Shown: positions 1-13,120, numbered from the stretch's first letter. The stretch: DNA of 64,000 nucleotides from Diplonema japonicum (GCA_964019335.1 OZ025707.1:248001-312000); one strand, 5' to 3'. Program-made: numbers and translations. The notes: generated by a model not told the origin, from the letters alone.

Positions 1-2
1 CA

Positions 3-3000
3 TCGGCATCTTCATACTACTGCAGATTCTTCCAGGACAAGAACTTCCGTCACCACGGAGCTGCTCTTGTGGGTGGTGTTTGGAAGGGCAAGGGCAAGCT
101 GGCAAGCAACGTGGCAACTGCGATGGGCACCACGACAAACCAGTACCTTCCCCTGCAGCTTCTTGGAACGAACCAACCAGGCTCGCGCATGTTCGAGTTC
201 CCCGCCACCGATGCCATTGTCGGGCGCAAGTGGCTCCATTCCACGCTGCAGGACGGTGGCAAGACAGGTGGCGCCTTTGCGAGATACCCCCCTGCGGACA
301 TGCCGTACATCATTCTGTCCACAAACCCTGTCTACACACCTTCTGCTGAGTGGGTTATGCTAAAACTGTCCGATCTTAAGGCCGCTCTGAGCACTGTGAT
401 TGGCAAGAAATCGGAGTCTGCATCGGTGGTGATTAAAACTGTGGTGGGTAACGGAGAGGAAACCAACACACAGAGTGTGTGCGTCTATGCCAGTACGCCG
501 TGTGCAACATGCGAACCGAAGTTTGTAGGAATCTTCTCGAAGTGTGAAAAGGGCGATGTGAAAAACTGGAGATTGTGGTTCGGCGAAGGGACCACCGACG
601 AGGGGCAGAGGCTCGTGGCACAGTCCGTCCGTGTGTTCGTCAGCGAAGCGGCAGACGGGATGGAGTTCCCGACATCACAGCAGGACTGGTCGATGGCAAC
701 GGTGGGGAACATCCCGATTCAGATCAGCACAAGAGCACCCTCTGGCTTCGTAACGGCAACCGCCGGAAGCCTCATTTCCAAGAAGCTTTTGTGGCAGGAC
801 TGGAATGGGATCCCTGTGACTGTAGCAGACATGTCTACTACTGGGCCTGGGCTGGTTGACGTGACGTTCAACACCGAGAGCACATTTGAGGCACTCCCGT
901 CATCTCTTGTCGAACTGCGTTGGGTGCGTGTTGTGTTCTACACCCTGAACGCCGGCAACACAGATGTTACTTACGAAGTCACCCTCACCACGAAGAGCGG
1001 CCGTACGATCATGGCAACTGCCGACCAGCGCGGAACCCTCTCAGGGTCTTCATCGTCTGTCGAGAGCACCGCGCAGTGGAGCATCGAGACCACCAACATC
1101 GACGTGATGGATCTTATTGGCCTCACGGCAAGGATGCACTTCAGCAACACCGCCTTTTCAGGTGATTTCCAGTTTAACGGTGCTTTGTTGCAGGTGGGCT
1201 ACGAGCGCATCTCACCTCTTGATGACTTCGGCTTCTCAGCTTTCTTGAAGATCAGCAGAGTCGATGAAGCCATGCCGATGACGCTATTCCGTGCGACGCA
1301 CTCCACCGGTGGCACCGTTCAGGTCGATCTCAACACCGCGGCCAACGGCAACGTTTTGCCCGGCTCCGCCAGGGTGATGGTCGTCGACTCCACTGGCAAC
1401 CAGCTGGTGGGGGTCGCCAAGGGTTTATTCAACCTGTTCTCCAACAACTGGGTGCGCCTGTCCGTGAATGCCAGCCTCACAGAGAGCACCGTCCAAGTGT
1501 TCCTCGGTAAATCCAAACTCGAGAACAGCAAGCCAGCCCTCCTCGAACAGTCAGTGAACATGGCAGCGACTGACAGTGTCATGCTAAGGTCCTTCTCCTG
1601 GATGGACCAGCCCATGTCCTTTGGGTACGACAAGTCACGTTTTACTGGCTTCATTCGTGACATTAAGGTGACCCTCGGATCTGGTGAGGAGATGGTGGAC
1701 GTTCTGTCTCTGCCGTTGGTGAACGGGGTGTGGGGTTCGCAACTGAGCCGCACCGCAGGGAAATGGCTGAATAGCACCTTGCCTGCGAGCGGCACGAGCT
1801 ACGATGGTGTTACTGATGTGGATGTCCCCTTGAACCTTGGATTCTGGGCGGGTAAGCTATGCGGTTCATGCAGGTCAGGGTACCATGGCGGGTCATGCAT
1901 GGACAAGGACTGTACAAGCGACGCCCAGTGCGGACAGGGCTACTGCTCTATCACTAACACATCCCTTTTCTTTGGCCAGTGTGTCTGCAACGAGTACTAC
2001 ACGGGTGAGCATTGCGATTCGTGTGAACCTCTTCCCGTGCAGTCGTACAGGAACGATGCAGGGGAGGTGCGCTGCAAAATCGACGGCAACCTCTGCCCTA
2101 CCAGTGCCCTGAGCGGAAGCACACAAAACGGTACCCTAAACGGTGCTTGGTGCGCCCCTGGCGGCAGATGGGGAGCAAAGGAATACTTCGACCCCTCAGC
2201 AGCCCCGCCTACGGTGAACTGCATCCGCAACGGGAAAGACCTGTGCATCCCACAGCAGACTGTGACATTTGACAAGTGCGGGTGTCCCACAAGCATGGCA
2301 CCTGTCTGCAGTGGTGGTGAGAACGCCGGTTGCTGCGTGGAGGAGACTGTCACGTTTAACACGCCTCCGCAGTACAACTGCAAGCAATACTCCAACCTCT
2401 TCATCGCCTGTCCGAGCGGGACATGTAATGGAAATGATCCGGCATTGAGAGCGGCCCCTGTGCCCACATGCTTGCCAGGTACGGAGGGGGCCAGGCAGTA
2501 CTCGAAGTTCTGCTTGCGCAAATCCATCGACGCATGTGTCGGCACTCGTGTGAAGAACATGACGGAGCTAATTAAACTGGACACCTTCTCTTCTGAAAAC
2601 GTCGTCATGCGCTTCTACGGAGAATGCCCGGGGGTCTGTTCCGCAACACTCGGAGGCACCCAGCAACCTAAACAGGGCGGCAATTGCGACTCTTGTCCAA
2701 CAGTAACACCGCGCGAGGGTCAAGCTGGGATGGTGAACTGCACGAATTCTGTTCTGGCTCTTCACGCGCCCGTTCAGCAGATCAAAGAGGATTTCTGCGG
2801 GTGTTCTTCGCCTGTCATGCCGGTGTGCGATCCCGACACGGTGGTCGACTGGACGGCCGCACAGGGCACTGTGCAGTGCTTGGACAGCTGCCCTGACTGG
2901 GCTGCAATCTACAGTGCCGCCGGCTACACAATCGAGAATGGTCTTATTCTGATGAACTGTGGGAACTGGCCTGCCCCTTCGTGGGTGCAGCTGCAGTGTT

Positions 3001-6000
3001 CCGAGACTGGCAGCGACCCTTGCGGGTGCGCATTGCCGGCGTTTAAATGCGAAGCAGGGACAGAGGGAGTGTGTCAAGGGGGTGTGTGCCCCACTTGGGA
3101 TGCTCTTCCTGAAATCGATTGCAGGGGGTCACTGCCGCCTGTTGTGAACCGAGCAGCCCCGCATGTGTGCGGCTGTGAATGGCCTCCAGAACCGGTGTGC
3201 AAGCTGGGCACAGGTGCTGTCGAGAATAGCGCCTGTCCACTGGATGGCGTGCAGGAAGTCGCTGAGATCATCGACTGCGAGGGAAGCCCTTTGCTGGATC
3301 CCGTAATTTGGACACCCGGAACTGACAGGTGGGTCTTGACAAGGGGTTGCAAAACCTGCGCTACTGACGCCCGTCTCAAGAAGCAATGCAGGGAGGGCAC
3401 ACAGTGTCCCCTAGTCCAACCGTGCCCAGCAGGCTCCGACAGGGCGAAGGGAGTCAAGTGCCCTGTGGTGACTTATGTAGATGTTCAGTGCAACGGACGT
3501 GACCTCCCTCCCACGCAGAAGGTGGAAAGAGAGGAATGTTGGTGCGAACCTGCCTCGCAGCCACGCTGCTCCGACTGCATAAGCTGTTGCTTCGGTGAGC
3601 CGGGACGTTGCCACCCGTATGCATGCGGCGAAGGCAGATTGGTGTCCCCGCAGCCCTCTGACGAATGTAGGATATCATGCTCTATGGACTTACACTGTGT
3701 AGAGGGGTACATCTGTGTGGAAAAGGCGTGCAAGCCAGAGGGATCTTCGCAGCCTGCGTTGGGCAACTGCAGGTCTGACCCGTCTACGTGCGAGCCGTAC
3801 AGCTGTGACATGACTACCGGTATGTGTAGTGTGAGCTGCTGGACGGACAAACACTGCTTCGGTGGAGACGTTGGCGATAAGACCTCTGGCTACAGGTGCT
3901 CGTTCGCAACGCAGGCCGAATTGGTGCAAGTTCCGAAGTACCAAGTCATCGGTGGCACAGAGACTGCAGTGGAGCCCACCAACTTGTGCACGTCGGCAAC
4001 TGGATCAACCTCGGCGACTGCAAAGCCCGGCACGTGTGTTTGGGTGGAGTACGACCCGTCTCAGTGCTACGACCAGGAGCAGTGTTACCCATATGCGTGT
4101 GGGAAGAATAACGCACAAGCCGTATTCTCTCATGCAGCGTGCCGCACGTCATGTGCTAACGACGCACACTGCAGCACCAGAGCGCACTGTGAGGAAGGTG
4201 TGTGCGCACTAGGTGCACCGGCCACGCCCCTGTCATGCAGCACAAAGGACTACGATCACTGCTCTCCGTACGTGTGCGGGAAGCACATCGCATTGCAGCC
4301 GCTTCCAACCGCAACTTGCCGAAAGGACTGTGAGAGCGACGGCCACTGCCAGCTATTCCACCAGTGCACTAACCGCACATGCGTACCGGGTCCTGTCGTC
4401 ACAGAAGCATTCCAGTCCGTAACGGCCATTCCAGACGAATGCTACGATGCTGGCCAGGAGCACTTTGGGGCTCCCTATAAGTGCCTGCGGGTGCCTCTCA
4501 CGTTGAATAGGGACCCGCAAGGGCAGGTGGCGTATGCTTTGCCTCCGCGTGCTCCTGCTGCGAGCATCCCGTCCCCGAAGGCGTGCACAACACACCAGGA
4601 GTGCAGTCCTTATAGGTGTGGCGTGAAGCGCGGGCTCCCTGCACGAGAATTGCCTCCTCGCAGCAACTGCCAGATCAGCTGTGAAGTGTTCGAAGATTGC
4701 TCTGAGGGCTTTTCATGCTACCGCAAGCTCTGCGTCAAGTCCCTCGCCATAGGTGCACAGTGCACCATTGACAAACAGTGCGCCTCGGGTAACTGTGTGG
4801 ACGGTATCTGCTGCAACACCGCCTGTGACATGCCGTGCCAGAAGTGCTCCGACATGGGGGTGTGCGGCTGGGTAGGTGTGGGCACGGACTACAGGAACGA
4901 TTGCGGGAGCTGCCGCACGTGTGTTGCCAACAACAACGTGGAGGTGCCCCGTGAGTGCGGCCCTGTGCCAGATGGGCAAGACACAAAGAACAACTGTGGG
5001 GAGCATGGAACGTGCAATGGGGCTGAGGTGTGCCGGTGCCACGCTTCAAAGGAGGCAGGGTACTGGTCAGGGAGCACCTGCGATCGCTGCGCAAAAGGGT
5101 TCAGCGGAAACGCCTGCGCTTCCCCACAGCTGCGCTACGTCCCTCCAGCACCACTCCCTCCCGGCGCGGGGCCTGTGGCGGTATCGCCGGTCTTTGAACT
5201 CGAATACAGACCTATTCAATGGGCCTCGAAGGTTCTTGACTTCACAACGCAAGCCGCACCAGGGAACGTGCATGGGATCCTCGGCAAGCCTGACGCCACA
5301 GAGACATACTTCAAGGCGGCGGCTCCGAACAGGGCAAAGGCTTGGGAACCTCACCAGGTACGGGATAAAAAAGAAAAAAAAAAAGAAAACACCACACATC
5401 ATACAGTACTACTGCAACCGTCGAGTGCACCAGTCAACGTGCCCAGCAAAGCTGAAGGCGAACACAGAATGGGAACAGGAGCTGCAGTATATAGTACTGG
5501 AGTTCCCTGAGGCCATCTATTTGTCGCAGGTAGGTTGACTTCATAATAAAACAACAAACAAAAAAGGTGCACATCTACGAGAACAGCAACCCGGGGTCTG
5601 TTGTGAGGATATACGCGCAGCCTGCACCTACGGGAGCGGCCGCGTCGTCCGGTGGTGGTGCGCCGATAACAGTTCTCAATGCGAACGGGCAGGTGGTGGA
5701 GCAACCGAAGGTGCAAAAACCCACCTTCGTCAAAGACCAGGCAAAACTCAACGTCAACGCAACGGACTCAACCGCACTGTCCACAAGCAACTCCTCCCAA
5801 GGAACCCCCGTGAACATCAACACCAACACCGAGACCTTTTCTGAAATATGGTCGCGCAACGACCCGGTACACACAAAAAAAAAAAAAAAAAAAAAGGAAA
5901 AAAACACAATGTTCAACACAGCTATTCTTCACAAAGCCCACATCGTGGGTGTACGCACCGGCAACGGAGAACGACAACTTCGCCCACCCGACCAAGAGCG

Positions 6001-6098
6001 TCGCGCTGCAAAGCGGGGGGATCGACGTGCGCAGCGTGGAGTGGAAGACAAAGGTTATCAAGATCGTTGTCGAGCCCAGCAACGACCGAATCTCACAG

Positions 6099-6143
<45 letters not shown>

Positions 6144-7044
6144 AAAATTCAACAGATCGACGCGGTGGGCATCCTGGGCTTCTCTGTGAGCAGCCTCAAC
6201 GTCACAGGAACGTGTCCGGGCATGGTCAACATCTCTGCGGACCCCGACGGTTCAACTGTTCAAACAACCGCGGTACGGGAGGTGGCATGCTCTGGAAACG
6301 GTGAGTGCGGCCCGAAAGGATGCGTGTGCAACGGGAACTGGGACGGCGCTGAATGTGGAAACTGCAAATGGGGTTTCTCGGGTGAAAACTGCGAGGAACA
6401 GAGCGTTGCGGAGGTGGAGTCGCTGGACCTGTGCGGGATCACCATGTTCGAGGACCTGATGGACTACGACGGCGGGGAGCTCGAGCTGCGCTGGAGTGTA
6501 CAGGACTACACCTTCGCCACAACACGGGTATTCCAAGCCCGCCACTTCGGGACGAAGTTTGTTTCACCTCTCATCACGCTGGGTCCACATACTCACGTTC
6601 GTGTACAAGCAGGATTCTTCATCATGGACATGCCCAACTTTGACGATACTGGATTGGTAGCACGGGCTGCTAGGGTGCGCGCTGCAAACCCTTCTGTGAA
6701 GCGAACCGCTGCGGAGCGGACCTCCGACGGCGAACGGGTAATCTTCATCAAACACGTCCCCTACCTAACAGGGGTCAATGTAATGGGAACAGGGAAGGGC
6801 GACACCTCGGAACAGATGGACACGACGATGGCCTGGGCGTCTGATAAGGTATAAAAAAAATTTTTTTTTGAAAAAAAAAAATTTTTTTTTTTAGATTTCT
6901 ATTGAGTTTGAGATTTGGTCGCCCGACACCATCTCCAAGGCCAACAAGGGGTACCATCGGATGACCTTAACTTACTTTGTGGTGCACTCTTGTGTGTACC
7001 CGTCTCAAGCTGGGACCGACAACCCCGACACTGGAATAAATTAA
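3..7044 (+). CDS. Very large Cys-rich EGF-like repeat extracellular protein (LamG-like region, many Cys-rich repeats, C-terminal FBXL4/pappalysin-like jelly-roll); 5' partial; exons <3-5357, 5407-5529, 5567-5866, 5922-6098, 6156-6848, 6895-7044
   Basis: The frame is open from base 3. Five phase-0 GT-AG introns (5358-5406, 5530-5566, 5867-5921, 6099-6155, 6849-6894) join the ORF-track pieces into a continuous WASKVLDFTTQ..YIVLEFPEAIYLSQ|VHIYENSNPGSVVRI..|IDAVGILG. EGF motifs include CSGNGECGPKGCVCNGNWDGAEC. Stop TAA at 7042-7044. Confidence 0.8.
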
Positions 7045-8117
7045 GGGGAAGATGGAGAAGGGGGAATTTGAAAGATTTTACTAATAGTGATAGTGCTTCC
7101 CTTTCTCTCTACCCCCCCCCCCCCCCCACCTATACGTCCCTATATAATTTTTTGTACCCCTTTTTTTTTAATTCTCCGCTTGGGTAAAGGGAGGGGGGAT
7201 TTTCTTTTTTTATTTCTTTTTTTTTTATTTTCACAAACTGTAGATTTTGAAAAAATATTCCCCCATTTTTTTTTTTTTATTTGTCATTTTTTTTTCTCCC
7301 CTTCCCCCCAACTCCCATTTACATTTATATGAGCGAAAAAAAAAAAGGGAAAAAAATAAAAGGAAAGATGGAAAGAAAAAAAAAAAACATATCATGTAAA
7401 AAAAAAAAAAAAAGATTCTGTGGGAGAAAACGGAAGATCAGCAGGGGTTTCTAAAAAGAGAAAGGATACAACGATTTAAAAAGGAAAAAAAGGATGTGTG
7501 TGTGTAAAAAAGAAGAAGAAATGAGGAAAAAAAACTCCTTTGCTCTGCTACTGCTGATGTCTTTTTTATATCTTTTCTCCCTCCCCCCCCCTCCCCACCC
7601 CTTTTTTGGCAAAATTACATTCTACTTATTCTGTACCTTTCCACCATCCACCTCCCCTGCCATGAAATTAGTTTCTTTCTTTTTTTTTTTTTATTCTCCC
7701 TCCCTTCGTTCATTCCTTCACTGTCCGCTGTCTTGCGTGATTGGGCGCCTTATGAAGGAAATAAAACAAAACAAAACCCAAGCAGAAAAAACGAAGAAAA
7801 AAAAAACAAAACAAAATGACCAAAATGCCAGCTCCTTCAGTAGTCATATAAGGCGCAACAACAACCCCCCCCAAAAAAAAGAAAACCACACAAGAGAGGA
7901 AGGAATACCGATATCGAGTTTTTTTTTTTTTTTCCATATTTTTTGCGAAAATTTTCATTCTCGCGGGGGGGGGACTTTTCTACCCCCCTCTCCCCTCCCA
8001 TCCTTTTTTTTTTTTTTTTCCACCCAAAATCCCAAACTTTTCATTATTTTTTTTCCCCCTCTTAACTTTAAAAAAAAAAAAAACAGGGAGGTATACATTA
8101 AAAAAAAAAAAAAAAAA

Positions 8118-11100
8118 ATGCCCACACACTACAAATGCGTAGCGGCAACTCTGCACAGGATAAGGTGTGAACCGTCATATTCTTCCACGCTTGTGAGATA
8201 TATCAACCCAGGGGAGTCCGTCGAGGTGTCGGAAGTAAAGGAAGTTGCAGGAAACAAATGGGCACGGGTACAACGAGAAGGCTGGTCTGTAATAAGCGAC
8301 CAACTGAACAGCCTTGTGTTCCTCAAGGAGGACAAAAAGCCGCGGGGAACGGTCGCGGTTCTGACCGATTTCTGTAAAACCTTCCAAAGCAACTCGACCC
8401 CTGTCCAGGAGGATACCATGAAGGAAATGCTTCAAACCGCTGCGAAAATCGCAGCGTCTCTCACCCCTACCTCTATTGCTCAATGCGAATCGATAACACG
8501 TTTTTTCTCAACCGTCCCTGTTCAACCCGCGCAGACCTCCATTCTTATCAGCTTATTATCCGCGACATCGTACTCGGAGGCCCCACGTCAAATTGCAACG
8601 TGTATATCTTCCATCTTCCGCAACATCGCTACGAAGGAAGACCTAGACGACCTCCTGGAAGTTTTAACACCGAAGATTTTAAAGTCCGACGCTGTTAAAA
8701 AAGCGTCATTTGCATGGTTTCTCATAGGCGTGGCGGGGGCTGCGTTCATACCTGATCCTGGAATGCCCGCCAGGGAATATTTTTCAGTTCACTATGATGG
8801 GATGTACACCACGTTTGCGGTGGAGATTTTAATGCGGGTTGCAGTCGACGCGGAGGCGAGGACGCTTGTGAAGATAGTGTCGGAGCTGCTTAGCTTGTTA
8901 ACCACTCCGTCTCAAGCCATTGCCGATCTGATCCTTACACAGTTTGTCTGTGCGTTGCTCGCCATGAAAACAGGGTTGTCCGCCGAGCTTCTCGGGAAGA
9001 TCGCGCAGTTCACAAAACTGCAATCTGCGCACTTAAAAACTCTCGGAAATGATTCTCCTCCCCCCGTCGACACGCAGAACGCGTACTCTTACCCAACCCG
9101 TATGATGACACCGGAAGAAACCCGAAAAACCGTGTCGTTAAACGGGGATTTGAACACCCAGAATAAGCGGCAGCTCGCAAACACCGCCCGAGCATTGTGT
9201 TTAGACACAACAACAACAACAACTGTCGACGACCTCAGAGCACTTATCGAAAAGCATCTCGGTGGGGATGAACCAGATATTGACAGATTGAACAAACCCG
9301 AGCTTGTTAACATTGCGAACAACATGGGACTCCGGTTCAACAAGAACACCAAGAAAGACGAGTTGAAAGCGTTGATCCTATCATGTAGGGACATGCCTCC
9401 TGGTGATGAGGACAACCCCATCGAAGGCTTAGAGGACCATGCCGTTAACAACACGTATGAAATGGTGTTGCCCGGATGCCACGGGATCGACCGGAACAGC
9501 ATGGTAACCAGTTGGGTTCGAAACCTTGAGACAAGGTACGAGAATGAAGGGCTTGCCTCTGCCTTCAGCGGGTACTGCAAACGGCACCGAGTGACATGGC
9601 TGAACGAGAGGCTCGTGAGAACCACCGAAGGTGACGTGGAAGAGGACTCAACAACAGACTGCAAGGATTTCTTTCTCCGTATTCTGTTCTCGAAGACGCA
9701 TTCTGTGGTTGCTTACTATACAAACATCACACGTCACCTCGTTGCCTTGTTCACATCTGTCGCGACACCCGCTGCTACAAAAAAAAGAGTTTCCACGTCT
9801 CTGTGCAGCCTGCTCGACGTCGATCCCTCTCTCATTGAGTTTCTCTGGCCCGCCATCGCATCTGGGCTCAAGGACGGGAATGGGAACACCGGTAAAGAGA
9901 CGCTACTCGATGTTCTCGCTGTCGTTCTGAACCGATTGGACAGGTTCGACGTTTACATGGAAGCTGCTGAGAGCCAGGAGGCGAACCCTCCAGGGACTGT
10001 CGAGTCGATGCACAAAAAGATGTTAAACATGATGCTTCACGTTGTGGCGACAACCACAACCATCGGAATCGCAAAAAAAGCGTGTAGATCGATTGGGACA
10101 ATCGCTGCCTCTTCGTCTGCAATGCTTCACATGCATCAACGGCTTCTCTCGCAGGTTCGGCACATTCATTACAAAGCCGCGGAGAATGTAAAAGATGAGA
10201 TCTCGCATCTCATCCTGTCGCTGTTGTGCGCGAAGAAGTCGCCCGGCGCGAACTTCGCGACGCTTGTCACCACCGAACTGTCAGAGACACCATTGCTCGA
10301 CTTCCCCATTGGGCACTCTTACGCACCGTCGGAATTCTTGCAGGACTTCAAAAAGATCTTCGGGGTGTCGAAGAACCACAACGAAGCGAAGGAGATCATC
10401 CGTACCTTGCAGACACAAACGGAACATCCGAAGAGCGTTGTTTTATGCTGTCTGCACCTCCTTGCGAGAATAGTTCCAAACAAGCTATTCGAGAAGGAAG
10501 AGGGGCTCCTTGCTGACGTGACAACAACGGTCAAAAGCTTCCTTGCAACACCGGATAAGCCCGATGAAAGCATTGCTGTGTTCATCCATGGATGCCACCT
10601 CCTCGTTCTCCTTGGGTATGCAAACACTGCTGATGGTGTCGCTACGGCCCTCGCCGATGTTGTGTCCAACTACTCCATTAAGCACTCCCAACGGGTTCTT
10701 TCCATGGCCACCTCTTGTCTCGCCTCCATATCCACCCGGGGCGACGGGAAAAAACCGGTCCCGGGAAACATCGAGATCCTGTTCACAGGCTTCCTTCGCA
10801 CTTACAAATCGGTTCGGTATTTGTACCTTGAAGCCCTCCGCCAGCGGGGCAAAGAGATGCACCCGCAAATCCTCCCCCACGTCATGCGGGGTATGTATTT
10901 GCTGTCGCTCTTTGTGGTGAACGTGAACTGGACGAAGAGGGCGATCGTGGACCATGTTGCGCAGGTTAAGTTGGATGGGAAGAACGAGCTCTGCCAGGGC
11001 AAGGGTATCTTGAACAATGTGTACGGCGTGCTGAGCGACCTGGCAAGGATCCCGATGGAGGATGACATCCGCGGGAAGGTGATGATCATGCAGCTTAAAC

Positions 11101-12473
11101 TGCTCTCCGCGCTCTGCACAAGATGCGCGAGTATATACTTCACGGCAAGCCAGAACCTGATCAAAACTTCATTGTCGAAGGAACGACCGGAGCTCCGTGC
11201 CGCCGGCCTGGGGCTCATCAAGGACTTCCTCACCGAGGAGGAGCAACGCGTTGAGACCGCGGGAAAAATCAGAGCGGGTTCTCAAATATCATCTGCTCAG
11301 TCCTCACAGTCATCGCCCGGCGGAAGGCAAGAGGACTCAGGTATGGGGTCCAGCCTCATGCAGCAGTACCTCGCGACTATTTTAGATTGTCTTATGTCGG
11401 AAGACTCGAAAGTCCGGAATATTTCCATGGAGGTGGTTAAAATCTGTTACCATCAAGGCCTCTCTGTGCCGCTTCTTGCGATTGAGAACCTCATCTGCAC
11501 CTCTGCGGACCCGACGCAGCCTGGTCTCGCCCGGTCCTCCTTAGACCTTCTCAAATCGTTTTGCCCGAAGTTCGCGTCGACCATCGTTTCGAAAGCCGCT
11601 GGCGGGGTGCTGTCCTCATACATCTTCCACACCACCACACTGGGTTTACCGGCCAAGTCTGTGAAAGGACACTTTCACATGGAGTCGATTCATCAACAGA
11701 CCTTCGGCTTAACAGAGAAGGTTCCTAAGGGAATGGCAACGTACGCATTACAGGTTCTAAGGTTGATCGGGGTGGACGAGAAAGTCGAGGCTTTGCAAGG
11801 TAAGATCCCAACCCAGTATGAGGTACTGCATTTCCCGAGATTTGTGGTTGAAGTGCTTGCGTTGTTGAGGTACAAAAAGGAGTCGCAAGTACATGGGGTA
11901 ATCGACGCTGCTGTGCAATCTGCGTCCTTGAATGTTGAGGAGGTCAAAGGAAGGTTGCAGGAGAGGTTGCAAAACAAGAAAGCAATGCCCGACAAGCGGA
12001 ACGATTTTGAATTGGTGTTGAAAGGGCTGTGCGTAATGGCCTTGAACGAGCTGGCAAAATTTCTGAAAACCGACTACGGTCTCAGCAAGCGAAAGAAGAA
12101 AGACGACACTGCAAAGAGCCGACTTAGGGAGGTAGCAGGCCCACCGTTACCCCACTTCATCACTTTCTGCGACAATGTAGATGTTATTGAAGCAGTCTGC
12201 ACACCCCCAAGCGCACTGGACGCTCCTGTGGCAATTTCCCACTCCAATTTGAACGATTTGCTTGACACATTGGACTCCATGGACCTCGCGGAGCAGTGTT
12301 GCGGGGAGGAGCCCGACGCGAAAAAAATGAAAAAACCCGCAAAAAAACCCGGCCCGAAAAGGGGTAAAAAAAAGAGGCAGGCTACAGAGGATTCCTCCGA
12401 CAGCGATTCTTCTTCCTCTTCTTCTTCAGATTCATCGTCCGCTCCAAAGAAACGGAGACGAGTTAGGAGGTAA
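8118..12473 (+). CDS. SCC2: Cohesin loader Scc2/Nipped-B-like HEAT-repeat protein with an N-terminal SH3b-like segment and two internal HeH/Rho_N-like repeats
   Basis: DSGMGSSLMQQYLATILDCLMSEDSKVRNISMEVVKICYHQGLSVPLLAIENLICTSADP matches the Nipped-B C-terminal region; basic/acidic tail. ATG 8118 follows an A-tract, and the ORF extension upstream of it is low-complexity intergenic sequence. Confidence 0.8.
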   Translation: MPTHYKCVAATLHRIRCEPSYSSTLVRYINPGESVEVSEVKEVAGNKWARVQREGWSVISDQLNSLVFLKEDKKPRGTVAVLTDFCKTFQSNSTPVQEDTMKEMLQTAAKIAASLTPTSIAQCESITRFFSTVPVQPAQTSILISLLSATSYSEAPRQIATCISSIFRNIATKEDLDDLLEVLTPKILKSDAVKKASFAWFLIGVAGAAFIPDPGMPAREYFSVHYDGMYTTFAVEILMRVAVDAEARTLVKIVSELLSLLTTPSQAIADLILTQFVCALLAMKTGLSAELLGKIAQFTKLQSAHLKTLGNDSPPPVDTQNAYSYPTRMMTPEETRKTVSLNGDLNTQNKRQLANTARALCLDTTTTTTVDDLRALIEKHLGGDEPDIDRLNKPELVNIANNMGLRFNKNTKKDELKALILSCRDMPPGDEDNPIEGLEDHAVNNTYEMVLPGCHGIDRNSMVTSWVRNLETRYENEGLASAFSGYCKRHRVTWLNERLVRTTEGDVEEDSTTDCKDFFLRILFSKTHSVVAYYTNITRHLVALFTSVATPAATKKRVSTSLCSLLDVDPSLIEFLWPAIASGLKDGNGNTGKETLLDVLAVVLNRLDRFDVYMEAAESQEANPPGTVESMHKKMLNMMLHVVATTTTIGIAKKACRSIGTIAASSSAMLHMHQRLLSQVRHIHYKAAENVKDEISHLILSLLCAKKSPGANFATLVTTELSETPLLDFPIGHSYAPSEFLQDFKKIFGVSKNHNEAKEIIRTLQTQTEHPKSVVLCCLHLLARIVPNKLFEKEEGLLADVTTTVKSFLATPDKPDESIAVFIHGCHLLVLLGYANTADGVATALADVVSNYSIKHSQRVLSMATSCLASISTRGDGKKPVPGNIEILFTGFLRTYKSVRYLYLEALRQRGKEMHPQILPHVMRGMYLLSLFVVNVNWTKRAIVDHVAQVKLDGKNELCQGKGILNNVYGVLSDLARIPMEDDIRGKVMIMQLKLLSALCTRCASIYFTASQNLIKTSLSKERPELRAAGLGLIKDFLTEEEQRVETAGKIRAGSQISSAQSSQSSPGGRQEDSGMGSSLMQQYLATILDCLMSEDSKVRNISMEVVKICYHQGLSVPLLAIENLICTSADPTQPGLARSSLDLLKSFCPKFASTIVSKAAGGVLSSYIFHTTTLGLPAKSVKGHFHMESIHQQTFGLTEKVPKGMATYALQVLRLIGVDEKVEALQGKIPTQYEVLHFPRFVVEVLALLRYKKESQVHGVIDAAVQSASLNVEEVKGRLQERLQNKKAMPDKRNDFELVLKGLCVMALNELAKFLKTDYGLSKRKKKDDTAKSRLREVAGPPLPHFITFCDNVDVIEAVCTPPSALDAPVAISHSNLNDLLDTLDSMDLAEQCCGEEPDAKKMKKPAKKPGPKRGKKKRQATEDSSDSDSSSSSSSDSSSAPKKRRRVRR

Positions 12474-13120
12474 AAAAAGGTGTTTTTTTTTTTTTTTTTT
12501 CTTTCTAGAGTACTTTCTTCTTCTTCTTCTTTTTCTTTTACTTATCCCATAGATTATTACTTATTATTGTTTTTTTTTTTCTCATTTCCTTCCCTATATA
12601 TATATATTTTTTTTTTTTTTATATTTTTGTGTTTTCTTTCAGAGTCCGCGGTTATTTCCGCGTGTTGGTATTTTCTTTTTTTTTCTTTTTTTTTTTGATA
12701 TGTTTTTCTTTTTTTGTAGCTTTCCCCCCCTTTTTCTCCCCCTTCTCTCCAATGACCAAAGCGCTATTTAGTTCTTGTTCTGAAAAAAAAAGAGAGATGG
12801 GAGGGGAAGCGGGTTATTTTTTTAAAAAAAAAGAAACCCCCCCCCCCCCTGTTTTCGTAAAGTCATGAGAAGGGAAAAAAAAGGGGGGGATGAAAAAATG
12901 TTATATGTGTCGTATCCAAAAGATTTGTCCTAGATTTTAAAAAAAAAAGAAATGAAAACAAAATGTAGGGGGGGTCAAACCAAAACCCCCCCCACACACA
13001 CACACACACACACACCTATTACCCCCCTTTTATTTTCATTGAACATAATGCTTGGGGTTCACGCAAAAATAAATTTTTTGTTCTCCAGGGAAAACATATC
13101 CCCACCCCACCCCCTGGTTG

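Noticed and set aside
7494-8117. N-terminal 208-aa extension of the SCC2 ORF
   Set aside because: It is a translation of poly-A/T/C intergenic tracts; the real start is most likely ATG 8118.
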